From contig CAXHJY010001738.1 of NCBI GenBank assembly GCA_964016885.1, positions 248,001 through 312,000 of the forward strand: a stretch of 64,000 nt of DNA, read 5' to 3'. A program made the position numbers and the translations under genes. Positions within the stretch are counted from its first letter, which is position 1; the number at the start of each line of letters is the position of its first letter. The DNA is from Eledone cirrhosa (taxonomy: Eukaryota). The notes beneath the pieces were generated by a model, which saw nothing but the letters and a program-made list of their open reading frames with translations, made no database searches and had not been told where the DNA came from. Shown here in pieces: positions 40,446-54,500 of the stretch.

Positions 40446-42130
40446 TGCAGATGAAAGGAAGATAAACAAATACCAGGCATTGTCCGACCATTTCATACCG
40501 AGGTGCCATGATATGTCCTCATTGCCATTGAGAGGGCGTTAGTTGTATCATGCTCAAGAATAAAGTTGGTATGGTGCGATAATATTTTCTAGAAAGGAGA
40601 AGTATTTGTGTATGAGGTGGGTGGGTGTTGATAGAGAGGACAGTGTCACATTGCCTCTGATTAAGAAATCTGTGCAGGTTTGGTGTGGGGAGTCCACAGA
40701 TGACTATGGGAGCGACCGTGTTGACACAGGATGGTTTCTGATTTAGGAACAAGGCCAGCAATTTCTGTGGGGTGGGGAGAAGTCCATCATATCAACCCCA
40801 GTAATTGACTGCTACTTTTATTGACCCCAGAACGATGCAGGGCAAAATAGACTCTAGATCCACGAGTGACAGACGCCCTGGATGTTTTATCCTCTTCTAT
40901 TATATTATATATTTGAAATGTTGTCGTCCCAACGGAAACGACTAAAATAAAAGACAACCACTAGCAATACTAGTGATCGACTATTATTATTATAGTGCGA
41001 TGGATTGGCAGTATCGGTAGAGGGTCAGGTGCCCTGCTTTGACACATAGAGTTACGGCCCTTTCCATTCTGAGTTCAAATCCCGCCGAGGTTAACTTTGC
41101 CTTTCATCCTTACGGGGTCGATAAAATAAAGTACCAGTAATGCACTGGATAAATGCTGGCCTTGTGCCAAAAGCAGAAATAATTATTATAGTCACTTGCG
41201 TTGGAGCGACTTCATTTCAAATCATAAAATCGTTTCCTCTGTTTAAGACAACCAAATGTTTAATTACGTATTAAAATAACAACAAGGACAAACCGGACTT
41301 TGTAGCAATCTATATTATAAACATCGTGCAGTCTGTCACATGGACTGTAATGTTGTTTGTTGTTGTTTAGAATTTAAAGGGCGGTGGATTGGTGGAATCG
41401 GTAGAGTGTCGGACACAATGCTTTTCAGCATAGAGTTACGGCTCTTTACGTTCCGAGTTCAAATTCCACCGAGGTTAACTTTGCCTTTCATCCTTACGGG
41501 ATCGATAAAATAAAGTACCAGTAATACACTGGAATCGATTTAATCGATCACCCCCCCCCCCCCAAAAAAAAAATGTATGCCCTTGTGTCTAAATCAGAAA
41601 CAATTCTTTGAAGTTCATGGGACAGAAATTACTGTAAAATAAAGAAAGCGGGGGGGGGGGGGGGTGTTCTCCAACGTTCTTTGTCGACAGTGTTGTCTGT
41701 TCCCCCCCTCTCTCACTATATATATATATATATAACAAAGGAATTGTGGTAAGGAACCAGATGGACCATAACGCTCCAGAGTACTCAATACTTAGGGTAG
41801 TAGAGTGGGAAATAGGAAAAAGTATGACCCCGACGGCAGAGCTCAACCCGTTTCGACGGCTATTTCTGGACCAGAAATAGGCGTCAAAACGGCTTGAGCT
41901 CTGCCGTCGGGGTAATACTTTTTTCTCTCTATATATATATAACGAAGGAAGTGTGGTAAGGAACCAGGTGGACCATAAAGGCACCAGATTACACGATCCT
42001 GTGGGTAATAGAGTGGGTAATAGAGTGGGTATTAGAGAGGGTAGTAGAGAGGGTAATGTCGTTTCGACAGCTATTTCAGAAATAGCTGTCGAAACGGCTT
42101 GAGCTCTGCCGTCGGGGTCCGGACTCTTTT

Positions 42131-42207
<77 letters not shown>

Positions 42208-42538
42208 TTGTATACATATATACATACGTATGTATGTATGCATGTATGTACGTATGTATGTATTAATATATATACACACATATATGTGTGTATGTATGTA
42301 TGTTTTGTACGTATGTGTCTGTATATATATTTAGAAAATTAAAAGTTAAAATCTTTATTGAAGTTAATTGAAAATAATAATAAATCGGAAGATGAAAAAA
42401 TTAGAGTTAGAAATTATGAAAAGTGTATCAATACTGGATATTATATATTATCGATATATTGAACGATAGTACCGTAACGAAGAATAGAAGATAAATTTCA
42501 ATTATAGAACTGGAGAACGTAACCTTATTATGTAAGAA

Positions 42539-42613
42539 GCTGTCTGATGAGATCATGGCACTGGTTAGGCTGAATCATGTTGCCACTGTTGTCATTGAAA
42601 TATGTTTCACATC
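42539..42613 (+). ncRNA. Hammerhead-like motif, spacer 4
   Basis: Same sequence as 26566-26640. Confidence 0.5.
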
Positions 42614-43018
42614 CTTATCAATAAAGGACTTTGACATCTGAAACTACGTCGCATCTTCTTCTAAATATACTCCGTCATTCCTTTGTGGATAACGTACGTA
42701 GTGTCGTTCAATTAAATTTACCGTATATATATATATATACACACACACACACATACATGTATGAGTTGAACAATCAAAACAAACAAGATAAGGTTTAGCA
42801 ATTAATTAATCCATTGTTTTACGATCGTTTTAGAGGGCAAAATAAACATAGATTTTATCAACCTATTGACTAATCGTCATCATTTATGTAACTCCATAAT
42901 ATTTGCGTCAATAAAGCCCCTCCATTCAATCGAATTATGGTTAGATGTAGGACATCCCTAATCTGGGGCGTGACGTGTTGTGATGCGCTCTCTGACACAA
43001 ACCTTGTCGCTTCTGCCT

Positions 43019-46000
43019 CAAACCCTGGCACGACCGTCTACAAACCCTGGCACCACCGTCTGCAAACCCTGGCACCACCGTCTGCAAACACTGGCACCAC
43101 CGTCTGCAAACCCTGGCACCACCTCACGCAAACCCGCGCACCACCGTCTGCAAACCCAGGCACCACCGTCTGCAAACCCTGGCACCACCGTCTGCAAACC
43201 CTGGCACCACCGTCTGCAAACCCTGGCACCACCTCCCGCAAACCCTGGCACCACCTTCTGCAAACTCTGGCACCACCGTCTGCAAACCCTGGCACCACCG
43301 TCTGCAAACCCTGGCACCACCGTCTGCAAACCCTGGCACCACCTCACGCAAACCCGCGCACCACCGTCTGCAAACCCAGGCACCACCGTCTACAAACCCT
43401 GGCACCACCGTCTGCAAACCCTGGCACCACCGTCTGCAAACCCTGGCACCACCGTCTGCAAACCCTGGCACCACCTCCCGCAAACCCGCGCAACACCGTC
43501 TGCAAACCCTGGCACCACCGTCTGCAAACCCTGGCACCACCTCACGCAAACCCGCGCACCACCGTCTGCAAACCCAGGCACCACCGTCTACAAACCCTGG
43601 CACCACCGTCTGCAAACCCTGGCACCACCGTCTGCAAACCCTGGCACCACCGTCTGCAAACCCTGGCACCACCTCCCGCAAACCCGCGCAACACCGTCTG
43701 CAAACCCTGGCACCACCGTCTGCAAACCCAGGCACCACCGTCTACAAACCCTGGCACCACCGTCTGCAAACCCTGGCACCACCGTCTGCAAACCCTGGCA
43801 CCACCGTCTGCAAACCCTGGCACCACCTCCCGCAAACCCGCGCAACACCGTCTGCAAACCCTGGCACCACCGTCTGCAAACCCTGGCACCACCGTCTGCA
43901 AACCCTGGCACCACCTCCCGCAAACCCGCGCACCATCGTCTGCAAACCCTGGCACCACCGTCTGCAAACCCTGGCACCACCGTCTGCAAACCCTGGCACC
44001 ACCGTCTGCATACCCGGGCACCACCTCCCGCAAACCCTGGCACCACCTCCCGCAAACCCTGGTACCACCGTCTGCAAAACCTGGCACCACTGTCTACAAA
44101 CCCGGTCACCACTGTCTGCAAACCCTGGCACCACCGTCTGCAAACCCTGGCACCACCTCCCGCAAACCCGGGCACCACTGTCTGCAAACCCTGGCACCAC
44201 CGTCTGCAAATCCTGGCACCACCTCCCGCAAACCCGGGCACCGCTGTCTGCAAACCCTGACACCACAGTCTGCAAACCCGGGCACCACGGTCTGCAAACC
44301 CTGGCACCACCTACCGCAAACCCTGGCACCACCGTCTGCAAACCCTGGCACCACCTCCCGCAAACCCTGGCACCACCGTCTGCAAACCCGGGCACCACCT
44401 ACCGCAAACCCGGGCACCAACGTCTGCAAACCCGGGCACCACCTACCGCGGACCCGGGCACCACCGTCTGCAAACCCTGGCACCACCTCCCGCAAACCCT
44501 GGCACCACCGTCTGCAAACCCTGGCACCACCTCCCGCAAACCCTGGCACCACGGTCTGCAAACCCTGGCACCACCTCCCGCAGACCCTGGCACCACCGTC
44601 TGCAAACCCTGGTACCACCGTCTGCAAACCCGGGCACCACCGTCTGCAAACCCTGGCACCACCTCCCGCAAACCCTGGCATCACCGTCTGCAAACCCGGG
44701 CACCACCGTCTGCAAACCCTGGTACCACTGTCTGCAAACCCGGGCACCACCGTCTGCAAACCCTGGCACCACCTCCCGCAAACGCTGGCACCACCGTCTG
44801 CAAACCCTGGCACCACCGTCTGCAAACCCTGGTACCACCTGCCGCAAATCCAGGCACCACCGTCTGCAAACCCTGGCACCACCTCCCGCAAACCCTGGCA
44901 CCACCGTCTGCAAACCCTGGCACCACCTCCCGCAAACCCTGGCACCACCGTCTGCAAACCCTGGTACCACCGTCTGAAAACCCGGGCACCACCGTCTGCA
45001 AACCCTGGCACCACCGTATGCAAACCCTGGTACCACCGTCTGAAAACCCGGGCACCACCGTCTGCAAACCCGGGCACCACCGTCTGCAAACCCTGGCACC
45101 ACCGTATGCAAACCCTGGTACCACCGTCTGCAAACCCGGGCACCACCGTCTGCAAACCCTGGCACCACCTCCCGCAAACCCTGGCACCAACGTCTGCAAA
45201 CCCTGGTACCACCGTCTGCAAACCCCGGCACCACCGTCTGCAAACCCTGGCACCACCTCCCGCAAACCCTGGCACCACCGTCTGCAAACCCGGGCACCAC
45301 CGTCTGCAAACCCTGGCACCACCGTCTGCAAACCCTGGCACCACCTCCTGCAAACCCTGGCACCGCCGTTTGCAAACCCTGGCGCCGCCGTCTGCAAACC
45401 CTGGCACCACCGTCTGCAAACCCTGGCACCACCGTCTGCAAACCCTGGCACCACCTACCGCAAACCCTGGCACCACCGTCTGCAAACCCTGGCACCACCT
45501 ACCGCAAACCCTGGCACCACCGTCTGCAAACCAGGGCACCACCGTCTGCAAACCCTGGCACCACCTACCGCAAACCCTGTCACCACCGTCTGCAAACCCT
45601 GGCACCACCGTCTGCAAACCAGGGCACCACCGTCTGCAAAACTGGCACCACCTACCGCAAACCCTGGTACCACCTTCTGCAAACCCTGGCACCACCGTCT
45701 GCAAACCCGAGCACCACCGTCTGCAAACCCTGGCACCACCGTCTGCAAACCCTGACACCACCGTCTGCAAACCCTGGCACCACCTACCGCAAACCCTGGC
45801 ACCACCGTCTGCAAACCCTGGCACCACCTACCGCAAACCCTGGCACCACCGTCTGCAAACCCGGGCACCACCGTCTGCAAACCCGAGCACCACCGTCTGC
45901 AAACCCTGGTACCACCGTCTGCAAACCCGGGCACCACCGTCTGCAAACCCTGGCACCACCGTCTGCAAACCCGAGCACCACCGTCTGCAAACCCGGGCAC

Positions 46001-48782
46001 CACCGTCTGCAAACCCTGGCACCACCGTCTGCAAACCCTGGCACCACCGTCTGCAAACCCGAGCACCACCGTCTGCAAACCCTGGCACCACCGTCTGCAA
46101 ACCCGAGCACCACCGTCTGCAAACCCGAGCACCACCGTCTGCAAACCCTGGTACCACCGTCTGCAAACCCGGGCACCACCGTCTGCAAACCCGAGCACCA
46201 CCGTCTGCAAACCCGGGCACCAACGTCTGCAAACCCGGGCACCAACGTCTGCAAACCCGGGCACCACCTCCCGCAAACCCTGGCACCACCGTCTGCAAAC
46301 CCGGGCACCAACGTCTGCAAACCCGGGCACCACCTACCGCAGACCCGGGCACCACCTCCCGCAATCCCTGGCACCACCGTCTGCAAACCCGGGCACCACC
46401 TACCGCAAACCCTGGCACCACCGTCTGCAAACCCGGGCACCAACGTCTGCAAACCCGGGCACCACCTACCGCAGACACGGGCACCACCGTCTTCAAACCC
46501 TGGCACCATCGTATGCAAACCCTGGCACCACGGTCTGTAAACCCGGGCACCACCTCCCGCAAACACTAACACCACCGTCTGCAAACCCTGGCATCATCGT
46601 CTGCAAACCCTGGCACCACGGTCTGCAAACCCGGGCACCACCGTCTGCAAACCCTGGCACCATCTTCTGCAAACCCGGGCACCACCGTCTGCAAACCCTG
46701 ACACCACCGTCTGAAACCCTGGCACCATCGTCTGCAAACCCTGGCACCAACGACTGCAAACCCTGGCACCACCTCCCGCAAACCCTGGCACCACCTCCCG
46801 CAAACCCTGGCACCACCTCCCGCAAACCCTGGCACCACCGTCTGCAAACCCTGGCACCACCTCCCGCAAACCCTGGCACCACGGTCTGCAAACCCTGGCA
46901 CCACCTCCCGCAAACCCTGGCACCACCGTCTGCAAACCCTGGCACCACCGTCTGCAAACCCTGGCACCACCTCCTGCAAACCCTGGCACCGCCGTTTGCA
47001 AACCCTGGCGCCGCCGTCTGCAAACCCTGGCACCACCGTCTGCAAACCCTGGCACCACCGTCTGCAAACCCTGGCACCACCTACCGCAAACCCTGGCACC
47101 ACCGTCTGCAAACCCTGGCACCACCTACCGCAAACCCTGGCACCACCGTCTGCAAACCAGGGCACCACCGTCTGCAAACCCTGGCACCACCTACCGCAAA
47201 CCCTGTCACCACCGTCTGCAAACCCTGGCACCACCGTCTGCAAACCAGGGCACCACCGTCTGCAAAACTGGCACCACCTACCGCAAACCCTGGTACCACC
47301 TTCTGCAAACCCTGGCACCACCGTCTGCAAACCCGAGCACCACCGTCTGCAAACCCTGGCACCACCGTCTGCAAACCCTGACACCACCGTCTGCAAACCC
47401 TGGCACCACCTACCGCAAACACTGGCACCACCGTCTGCAAACCCTGGCACCACCTACCGCAAACCCTGGCACCACCGTCTGCAAACCCGGGCACCACCGT
47501 CTGCAAACCCCAGCACCACCGTCTGCAAACCCTGGTACCACCGTCTGCAAACCCGGGCACCACCGTCTGCAAACCCTGGCACCACCGTCTGCAAACCCGG
47601 GCACCACCGTCTGCAAACCCTGGCACCACCGTCTGCAAACCCTGGCACCACCGTCTGCAAACCCGAGCACCACCGTCTGCAAACCCTGGCACCACCGTCT
47701 GCAAACCCGAGCACCACCGTCTGCAAACCCGAGCACCACCGTCTGCAAACCCTGGTACCACCGTCTGCAAACCCGGGCACCACCGTCTGCAAACCCGAGC
47801 ACCACCGTCTGCAAACCCGGGAACCAACGTCTGCAAACCCGGGCACCAACGTCTGCAAACCCGGGCACCACCTCCCGCAAACCCTGGCACCACCGTCTGC
47901 AAACCCGGGCACCAACGTCTGCAAACCCGGGCACCACCTACCGCAGACCCGGGCACCACCTCCCGCAATCCCTGGCACCACCGTCTGCAAACCCGGGCAC
48001 CACCTACCGCAAACCCTGGCACCACCGTCTGCAAACCCGGGCACCAACGTCTGCAAACCCGGGCACCACCTACCGCAGACCCGGTCACCACCGTCTTCAA
48101 ACCCTGGCACCATCGTATGCAAACCCTGGCACCACGGTCTGTAAACCCGGGCACCACCTCCCGCAAACCCTAACACCACCGTCTGCAAACCCTGGCACCA
48201 TCGTCTGCAAACCCTGGCACCACGGTCTGCAAACCCGGGCACCACCGTCTGCAAACCCTGGCACCATCTTCTGCAAACCCGGGCACCACCGTCTGCAAAC
48301 CCTGACACCACCGTCTGCAAACCCTGGCACCATCGTCTGCAAACCCTGGCACCAACGTCTGCAAACCCTGGCACCACCTCCCGCAAACCCTGGCACCACC
48401 TCCCGCAAACCCTGGCACCACCTCCCGCAAACCCTGGCACCACCTCCCGCAAACCCTGGCACCACTGTCTGCAAACCCTGGCACCACCGTCTGCAAACCC
48501 TGGCACCACCGTCTGCAAACCCTGGCACCACCGTCTGAAAACCCTGGCACCACCGTCTGCAAACCCTGGCACCACCTCCCGCAAACCCTGGCACCACCTC
48601 CCGCAAACCCTGGCACCACCGTCTGCAAACCCTGGCACCACCGTCTGCAAACCCTGGCACCACCGTCTGCAAACCCTGGCACCACCGTCTGCAAACCCTG
48701 GCACCACCGTCTGCAAACCCTGGCACCACCTCCCGCAAACCCTGGCACCACCGTCTGCAAACCCTGGCACCGCTATCTGCAA
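43019..48782 (+). repeat. 22-bp minisatellite array 5 (~262 units, internal ~1.63-kb duplication)
   Basis: Marker gccgtttgc..ggcgccgcc at 45365 and 46991. Confidence 0.97.
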
Positions 48783-50457
48783 TGCAGATGAAAGGAAGAT
48801 AAACAAATACCAGGCATTGTCCGACCATTTCATACCGAGGTGCCATGATATGTCCTCATTGCCATTGAGAGGGCGTTAGTTGTATCATGCTCAAGAATAA
48901 AGATGGTATGGTGCGATAATATTTTCTAGAAAGGAGAAGTATTTGTGTATGAGGTGGGTGGGTGTTGATAGAGAGGACAGTGTCACATGGCCTCTGATTA
49001 AGAAATCTGTGCAGGTTTGGTGTGGGGAGTCCACAGATGACTATGGGAGCGACCGTGTTGACACAGGATGGTTTCTGATTTAGGAACAAGGCCAGCAATT
49101 TCTGTGGGGTGGGGAGAAGTCCATCATATCAACCCCAGTAATTGACTGCTACTTTTATTGACCCCAGAACGATGCAGGGCAAAATAGACTCTAGATCCAC
49201 GAGTGACAGACGCCCTGGATGTTTTATCCTCTTCTATTATATTATATATTTGAAATGTTGTCGTCCCAACGGAAACGACTAAAATAAAAGACAACCACTA
49301 GCAATACTAGTGATCGACTATTATCATTATAGTGCGATGGATTGGCAGTATCGGTAGAGGGTCAGGTGCCCTGCTTTGACACATAGAGTTACGGCCCTTT
49401 CCATTCTGAGTTCAAATCCCGCCGAGGTTAACTTTGCCTTTCATCCTTACGGGGTCGATAAAATAAAGTACCAGTAATGCACTGGATAAATGCTGGCCTT
49501 GTGCCAAAAGCAGAAATAATTATTATAGTCACTTGCGTTGGAGCGACTTCATTTCAAATCATAAAATCGTTTCCTCTGTTTAAGACAACCAAATGTTTAA
49601 TTACGTATTAAAATAACAACAAGGACAAACCGGACTTTGTAGCAATCTATATTATAAACATCGTGCAGTCTGTCACATGGACTGTAATGTTGTTTGTTGT
49701 TGTTTAGAATTTAAAGGGCGGTGGATTGGTGGAATCGGTAGAGTGTCGGACACAATGCTTTTCAGCATAGAGTTACGGCTCTTTACGTTCCGAGTTCAAA
49801 TTCCACCGAGGTTAACTTTTCCTTTCATCCTTACGGGATCGATAAAATAAAGTACCAGTAATACACTGGAATCGACTTAACCGATCACCCCCCCCCCCCA
49901 AAAAAAAAAATGTATGCCCTTGTGTCTAAATCAGAAACAATTCTTTGAAGTTCATGGGACAGAAATTACTGTAAAATAAAGAAAGCGGGGGGGGGGTGTT
50001 CTCCAACGTTCTTTGTCGACAGTGTTGTCTGTTCCACCCCTCTCTCACTATATATATATATATATAACAAAGGAATTGTGGTAAGGAACCAGATGGACCA
50101 TAACGCTCCAGAGTACTCAATACTTAGGGTAGTAGAGTGGGAAATAGGAAAAAGTATGACCCCGACGGCAGAGCTCAACCCGTTTCGACGGCATTTCTGG
50201 ACCAGAAATAGGCGTCAAAACGGCTTGAGCTCTGCCGTCGGGGTAATACTTTTTTCTCTATATATATAACGAAGGAAGTGTGGTAAGGAACCAGGTGGAC
50301 CATAAAGGCACCAGATTACACGATCCTGTGGGTAATAGAGTGGGTAATAGAGTGGGTAGTAGAGAGGGTAGTAGAGAGGGTAATGTCGTTTCGACAGCTA
50401 TTTCAGAAATAGCTGTCGAAACGGCTTGAGCTCTGCCGTCGGGGTCCTGACTCTTTT

Positions 50458-50538
<81 letters not shown>

Positions 50539-50869
50539 TTGTATACATATATACATACGTATGTATGCATGCATGTATGTACGTATGTATGTATTAATAT
50601 ATATACACACATATATGTGTGTATGTATGTATGTTTTGTACGTATGTGTCTGTATATATATTTAGAAAATTAAAAGTTAAAATCTTTATTGAAGTTAATT
50701 GAAAATAATAATAAATCGGAAGATGTAAAAATTAGAGTTAGAAATTATGAAAAGTGTATCAATACTGGATATTATATATTATCGATATATTGAACGATAG
50801 TACCGTAACGAAGAATAGAAGATAAATTTCAATTATAGAACTCGAGAACGTAACCTTATTATGTAAGAA

Positions 50870-50944
50870 GCTGTCTGATGAGATCATGGCACTGGTTAGG
50901 CTGAATCATGTTGCCACTGTTGTCATTGAAATATGTTTCACATC
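50870..50944 (+). ncRNA. Hammerhead-like motif, spacer 5
   Basis: Same sequence as 26566-26640. Confidence 0.5.
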
Positions 50945-51057
50945 CTTATCAATAAAGGACTTTGACATCTGAAACTACGTCGCATCTTCTTCTTCTAAAT
51001 ATACTCCGTCATTCCTTTGTGGATAACGTACGTAGTGTCCTTCAATTAAATTTACCG

Positions 51058-51089
<32 letters not shown>

Positions 51090-51353
51090 TACATGTATGA
51101 GTTGAACAATCAAAACAAACAAGATAAGGTTTAGCAATTAATTAATCCATTGTTTTACGATCGTTTTAGAGGGCAAAATAAACATAGATTTTATCAACCT
51201 ATTGACTAATCGACATCATTTATGTAACTCCATAATATTTGCGTCAATAAAGCCCCTCCATTCAATCGAATTATGGTTAGATGTAGGACAACCCTAATCT
51301 GGGGCGTGACGTGTTGTGATGCGCTCTCTGACACAAACCTTGTCGCTTCTGCC

Positions 51354-51497
51354 GCAAACCCTGGCACGAACGTCTGCAAACCCTGGCACCACCGTTTGCA
51401 AACCCTGGCACCACCATCTAAAAACCCTGACACCACCTCTCACAAACCCTAGGCACCACCGTCTACAAACCCTTGCACCACCGTCTGCAAACCCTGG
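51354..51497 (+). repeat. Short, diverged forward array 6 (~6.5 units) ending at the inversion junction
   Basis: Directly visible. Units carry private variants (gcacgaacg, tctaaaaaccctga, ctctcacaaaccctagg). Confidence 0.9.
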
Positions 51498-51502
51498 GGC
51501 CA

Positions 51503-54500
51503 CCAGGGTTTGTAGACGGTCGTGCCCGGGTTTGCAGACGGTGGTGCCAGGGTTTGCAGACGGTGGTGCCCGGGTTTGCGGGATGTGGTGCCACGGTTTG
51601 CAGACGGTGGTGCTCGGGTTTGCAGACGGTGGTGTCCGGGTTTGCGGGAGGTGGTGTCCGGGTTTGCAGACGGTGGTGCCAGGGTTTGCAGACGGTGGTG
51701 CCCGGGTTTGCGGGAGGTGGTGTCCGGGTTTGCAGACGGTGCTATCCGGGTTTGTAGACGGTGGTGTCCGGGTTTGCAGACGGTGGTGTCCGGGTTTGCA
51801 GACGGTGGAGTCCGGGTTTGCAGACGGTGGTGTCCGTGTTTGCAGACGGTGGTCTCCGGGTTTGCAGACGGTGGTGTCCGGGTTTGCAGACGGTGGTGCC
51901 AGGGTTTGCGGGAGGTGGTGTCCGGGTTTGCGGACGGTGGTGCCCGGGTTTGCGGGAGGTGGTGTCCGGGTTTGCAGACGGTGGTGCCAGGGTTTGCGGG
52001 ATGTGGTGCCCGGGTTTGCAGACGGTGGTGCCCGGGTTTGCGGGAGGTGGTGTCCGGGTTTGCAGACGGTGGTGCCCGGGTTTGCGGGTGGTGGTGTCCG
52101 GGTTTGCAGACGGTGGTGACCGGGTTTGCGGGAGGTGGTGTCCGGGTTTGTAGACGGTGGTGCCAGGGTTTGCGGGATGTGGTGCCCGGGTTTGCAGACG
52201 GTGGTGCCAGGGTTTGCAGACGGTGGTGACCGGGTTTGCAGACGGTGGTGTCCGGGTTTGCAGACGGTGGTGCCAGGGTTTGCAGACGGTGGTACCAGGG
52301 TTTGCAGACGGTGGTGCCAGGGTTTTCGGGATGTGGTGCCCGGGTTTGCAGACGGTGGTACCAGGGTTTGCAGACGGTGGTGCCAGGGTTTGCGGGATGT
52401 GGTGCCCGGGTTTGCAGACGGTGGTGCCAGGGTTTGCAGACGGTGGTGACCGGGTTTGCAGACGGTGGTGTCCGGGTTTGCAGACGGTGGTGTCCGGGTT
52501 TGCAGACGGTGGTGTCCGGGTTTGCAGACGGTGGTGTCCGGGTTTGCAGACGGTGGTGTCCGGGTTTGCAGACGGTGGTGTCCGGGTTTTCAGACGGTGG
52601 TGCCCGGGTTTGCAGACGGTGGTACCAGGGTTTGCAGACGGTGGTGTCCAGGTTTGCAGACGGTGGCGTCCGGGTTTGGGGACGGTGGTGTCCGGGTTTG
52701 CAGACGGTGGTGCCAGGGTTTGCAGACGGTGGTGTCCGGGTTTGCAAACGGTGGTGTCCCGGTTTGCAGACGGTGGTGCCCGGGTTTGCAGACGGTGGTG
52801 CCAGTGATTGCAGACGTTGGTGTCCGGGTTTGCAGATGGTGGTGCCAGGGTTTGCAGACGGTGGTGCCAGGGTTTGCAGACGTTGGTACCAGGGTTTGCA
52901 GACGGTGGTACCAGGGTTTGCAGACGGTGGTGCCAGGGTTTTCGGGATGTGGTGCCCGGGTTTGCAGACGGTGGTGTCCGGGTTTGCAAACGGTGGTGCC
53001 CGGGTTTGCAGACGGTGGTGCCAGGGATTGCAGACGGTGGTGTCCCGGTTTGCAGACGGTGGTGCCCGGGTTTGCAGACGGTGGTGCCAGTGATTGCAGA
53101 CGTTGGTGTCCGGGTTTGCAGATGGTGGTGCCAGGGTTTGCAGACGGTGGTACCAGGGTTTGCAGACGGATGGTGCCAGGGTTTGCAGACGGTGGTGCCC
53201 GGGTTTGCAGACGGTGGTGCCAGGGTTTGCAGACGGTGGTGTCCGGGTTTGCAGACGGTGGTGCCCGGGTTTGCAGACGGTGGTGCCCGGGTTTGCAGAC
53301 GGTGGTGCCAGGGATTGCAGACGGTGGTGTCCCGGTTTGCAGACGGTGGTGCCCGGGTTTGCAGACGGTGGTGCCAGGGTTTGCAGACGGTGGTGCCCGG
53401 GTTTGCAGACGGTGGTGCCAGGGTTTGCAGACGGTGTTGTCCGGGTTTGCAGACGGTGGTGCCCGGGTTTGCAGACGGTGGTACCAGGGTTTGCAGACGG
53501 TGGTGTCAGGGTTTGCAGACGGTGTTGTCCGGGTTTGCAGACGGTGGTGCCCGGGTTTGCAGACGGTGGTGTCCGTGTTTGCAGACGGTGGTGCCCGGGT
53601 TTGCAGACGGTGGTACCAGGGTTTGCAGACGGTGGTGTCCGGGTTTGCAGACGGTGGTGCCCGGGTTTGCAGACGGTGGTACCAGGGTTTGCAGACGGTG
53701 GTGTCCGGGTTTGCAGACGGTGGTACCAGGGTTTGCAGACGGTGGTGTCCGGGTTTGCAGACGGTGGTGCCCGGGTTTGCAGACGGTGGTGTCCGGGTTT
53801 GCAGACGGTGGTGCCCGGGTTTGCAGACGGTGGTGCCCGGGTTTGCAGACGGTGGTACCAGGGTTTGCAGACGGTGGTGTCCGGGTTTGCAGACGGTGGT
53901 GCCCGGGTTTGCAGACGGTGGTACCAGGGTTTGCAGACGGTGGTGTCCGGGTTTGCAGACGGTGGTGCCCGGGTTTGCAGACGGTGGTACCAGGGTTTGC
54001 AGACGGTGGTGCCAGGGTTTGCAGACGGTGGTGTCCGTGTTTGCAGACGGTGGTGCCCGGGTTTGCAGACGGTGGTACCAGGGTTTGCAGACGGTGGTGT
54101 CCGGGTTTGCAGACGGTGGTGCCCGGGTTTGCAGACGGTGGTACCAGGGTTTGCAGACGGTGGTGCCCGGGTTTGCAGACGGTGGTGCCCGGGTTTGCAG
54201 ACGGTGGTACCAGGGTTTGCAGACGGTGGTGCCAGGGTTTGCAGACGGTGGTGTCCGTGTTTGCAGACGGTGGTGCCCGGGTTTGCAGACGGTGGTACCA
54301 GGGTTTGCAGACGGTGGTGTCCGGGTTTGCAGACGGTGGTACCAGGGTTTGCAGACGGTGGTGTCCGGGTTTGCAGACGGTGGTACCAGGGTTTGCAGAC
54401 GGTGGTGCCCGGGTTTGCAGACGGTGGTGCCAGGGATTGCAGACGGTGGTGTCCCGGTTTGCAGACGGTGGTGCCCGGGTTTGCAGACGGTGGTGCCAGG

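Larger units (their letters stand above)
24115..51497 (+). repeat. Macrosatellite: five near-identical spacers (~2.0 kb x2, ~2.6 kb x3) alternating with 22-bp minisatellite arrays
   Basis: Spacers 25065-27047, 28657-30646, 34279-36835, 40446-43018 and 48783-51353 are nearly identical base by base. Confidence 0.95.

Noticed and set aside
51490-51520. Read fold-back (missed adapter) artefact
   Set aside because: The right side is not a mirror image of the left: different variant spectrum and no spacer. A misjoin cannot be fully excluded without reads.
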